59,670 bases of DNA from a bacterium (GTDB lineage: Bacteria; Zixibacteria; MSB-5A5; GN15; FEB-12): positions 1 to 59,670 of the forward strand of contig JBDRNJ010000040.1 of NCBI GenBank assembly GCA_043811375.1, given 5' to 3'. This document shows, piece after piece, positions 59,527 to 59,670 of the stretch. The notes under the pieces are model-generated. The model did no database searches. It was not told the DNA's origin and saw only the letters and a program-made list of their open reading frames with translations. The translations under genes were made by a program, and so were the position numbers. Numbering within the stretch: the stretch's first letter is position 1; every line of letters starts with the position of its first letter.

Positions 59527-59637
59527 ATGAGAATCTTGATACTGGGCTGCGGCCTTATTCTCATTACTATCAGTTTCAACCCCGCCACTGTGTTCGTAGA
59601 TCAGTCCGGCGCAGTGCAGATGGTGGGGTGTGCGTGA
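59527..59637 (+). CDS. Small ORF (36 aa) with hydrophobic N-terminus, or truncated gene remnant
   Basis: TTGACC-N17-TATATT promoter (59461-59489), GGGGAG RBS, MRILILGCGLILITISFNPATVFVDQSGAVQMVGCA. Confidence 0.4.
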   Translation: MRILILGCGLILITISFNPATVFVDQSGAVQMVGCA

Positions 59638-59670
59638 GGTTGTGATAATGCAGTGTGATTGAGTAATGGA

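Overview
Gene-dense bacterial chromosomal window, probably from a Zixibacteria-like anaerobe. That assignment is an inference from several secreted proteins ending in the G-D-x-D...VGDLTYLVAYLF dockerin-like module. From left to right it holds: the left end of an IS481-type element; an ABC-2 exporter pair flanked by a duplicated gene 3' end; nucleotide-sugar genes (dehydrogenase, rmd-like, gmd); secreted TPR and YCF48-like proteins; an unknown gene plus an HD-GYP gene; a TM-NTPase-TPR protein; ridA; an 11-gene complex I operon lacking nuoEFG; DUF502/PTS-CBS/CaCA genes; secDF preceded by a secreted leader ORF; an M16 protease; Na/Pi-PhoU; an enlarged GlpX-like gene; an ArsR/ArsP/ArsEFG-like operon; glnS; a 1.4-kb tandem duplication of dockerin-like genes with swapped central domains; sat-aprBA with a divergent lone qmoC and a YeiH transporter; and a cohesin/dockerin-like repeat protein. 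The best novelty candidates are a SecM/VemP-like leader ORF upstream of secDF with a non-canonical C-terminus, the constant-variable-constant dockerin gene pair, a shared Rex/CRP-like operator at nuo, sat and qmoC, and an orphan structured sRNA. No rRNA, tRNA or CRISPR array was seen. All calls come from reading motifs by eye, with no database searches.
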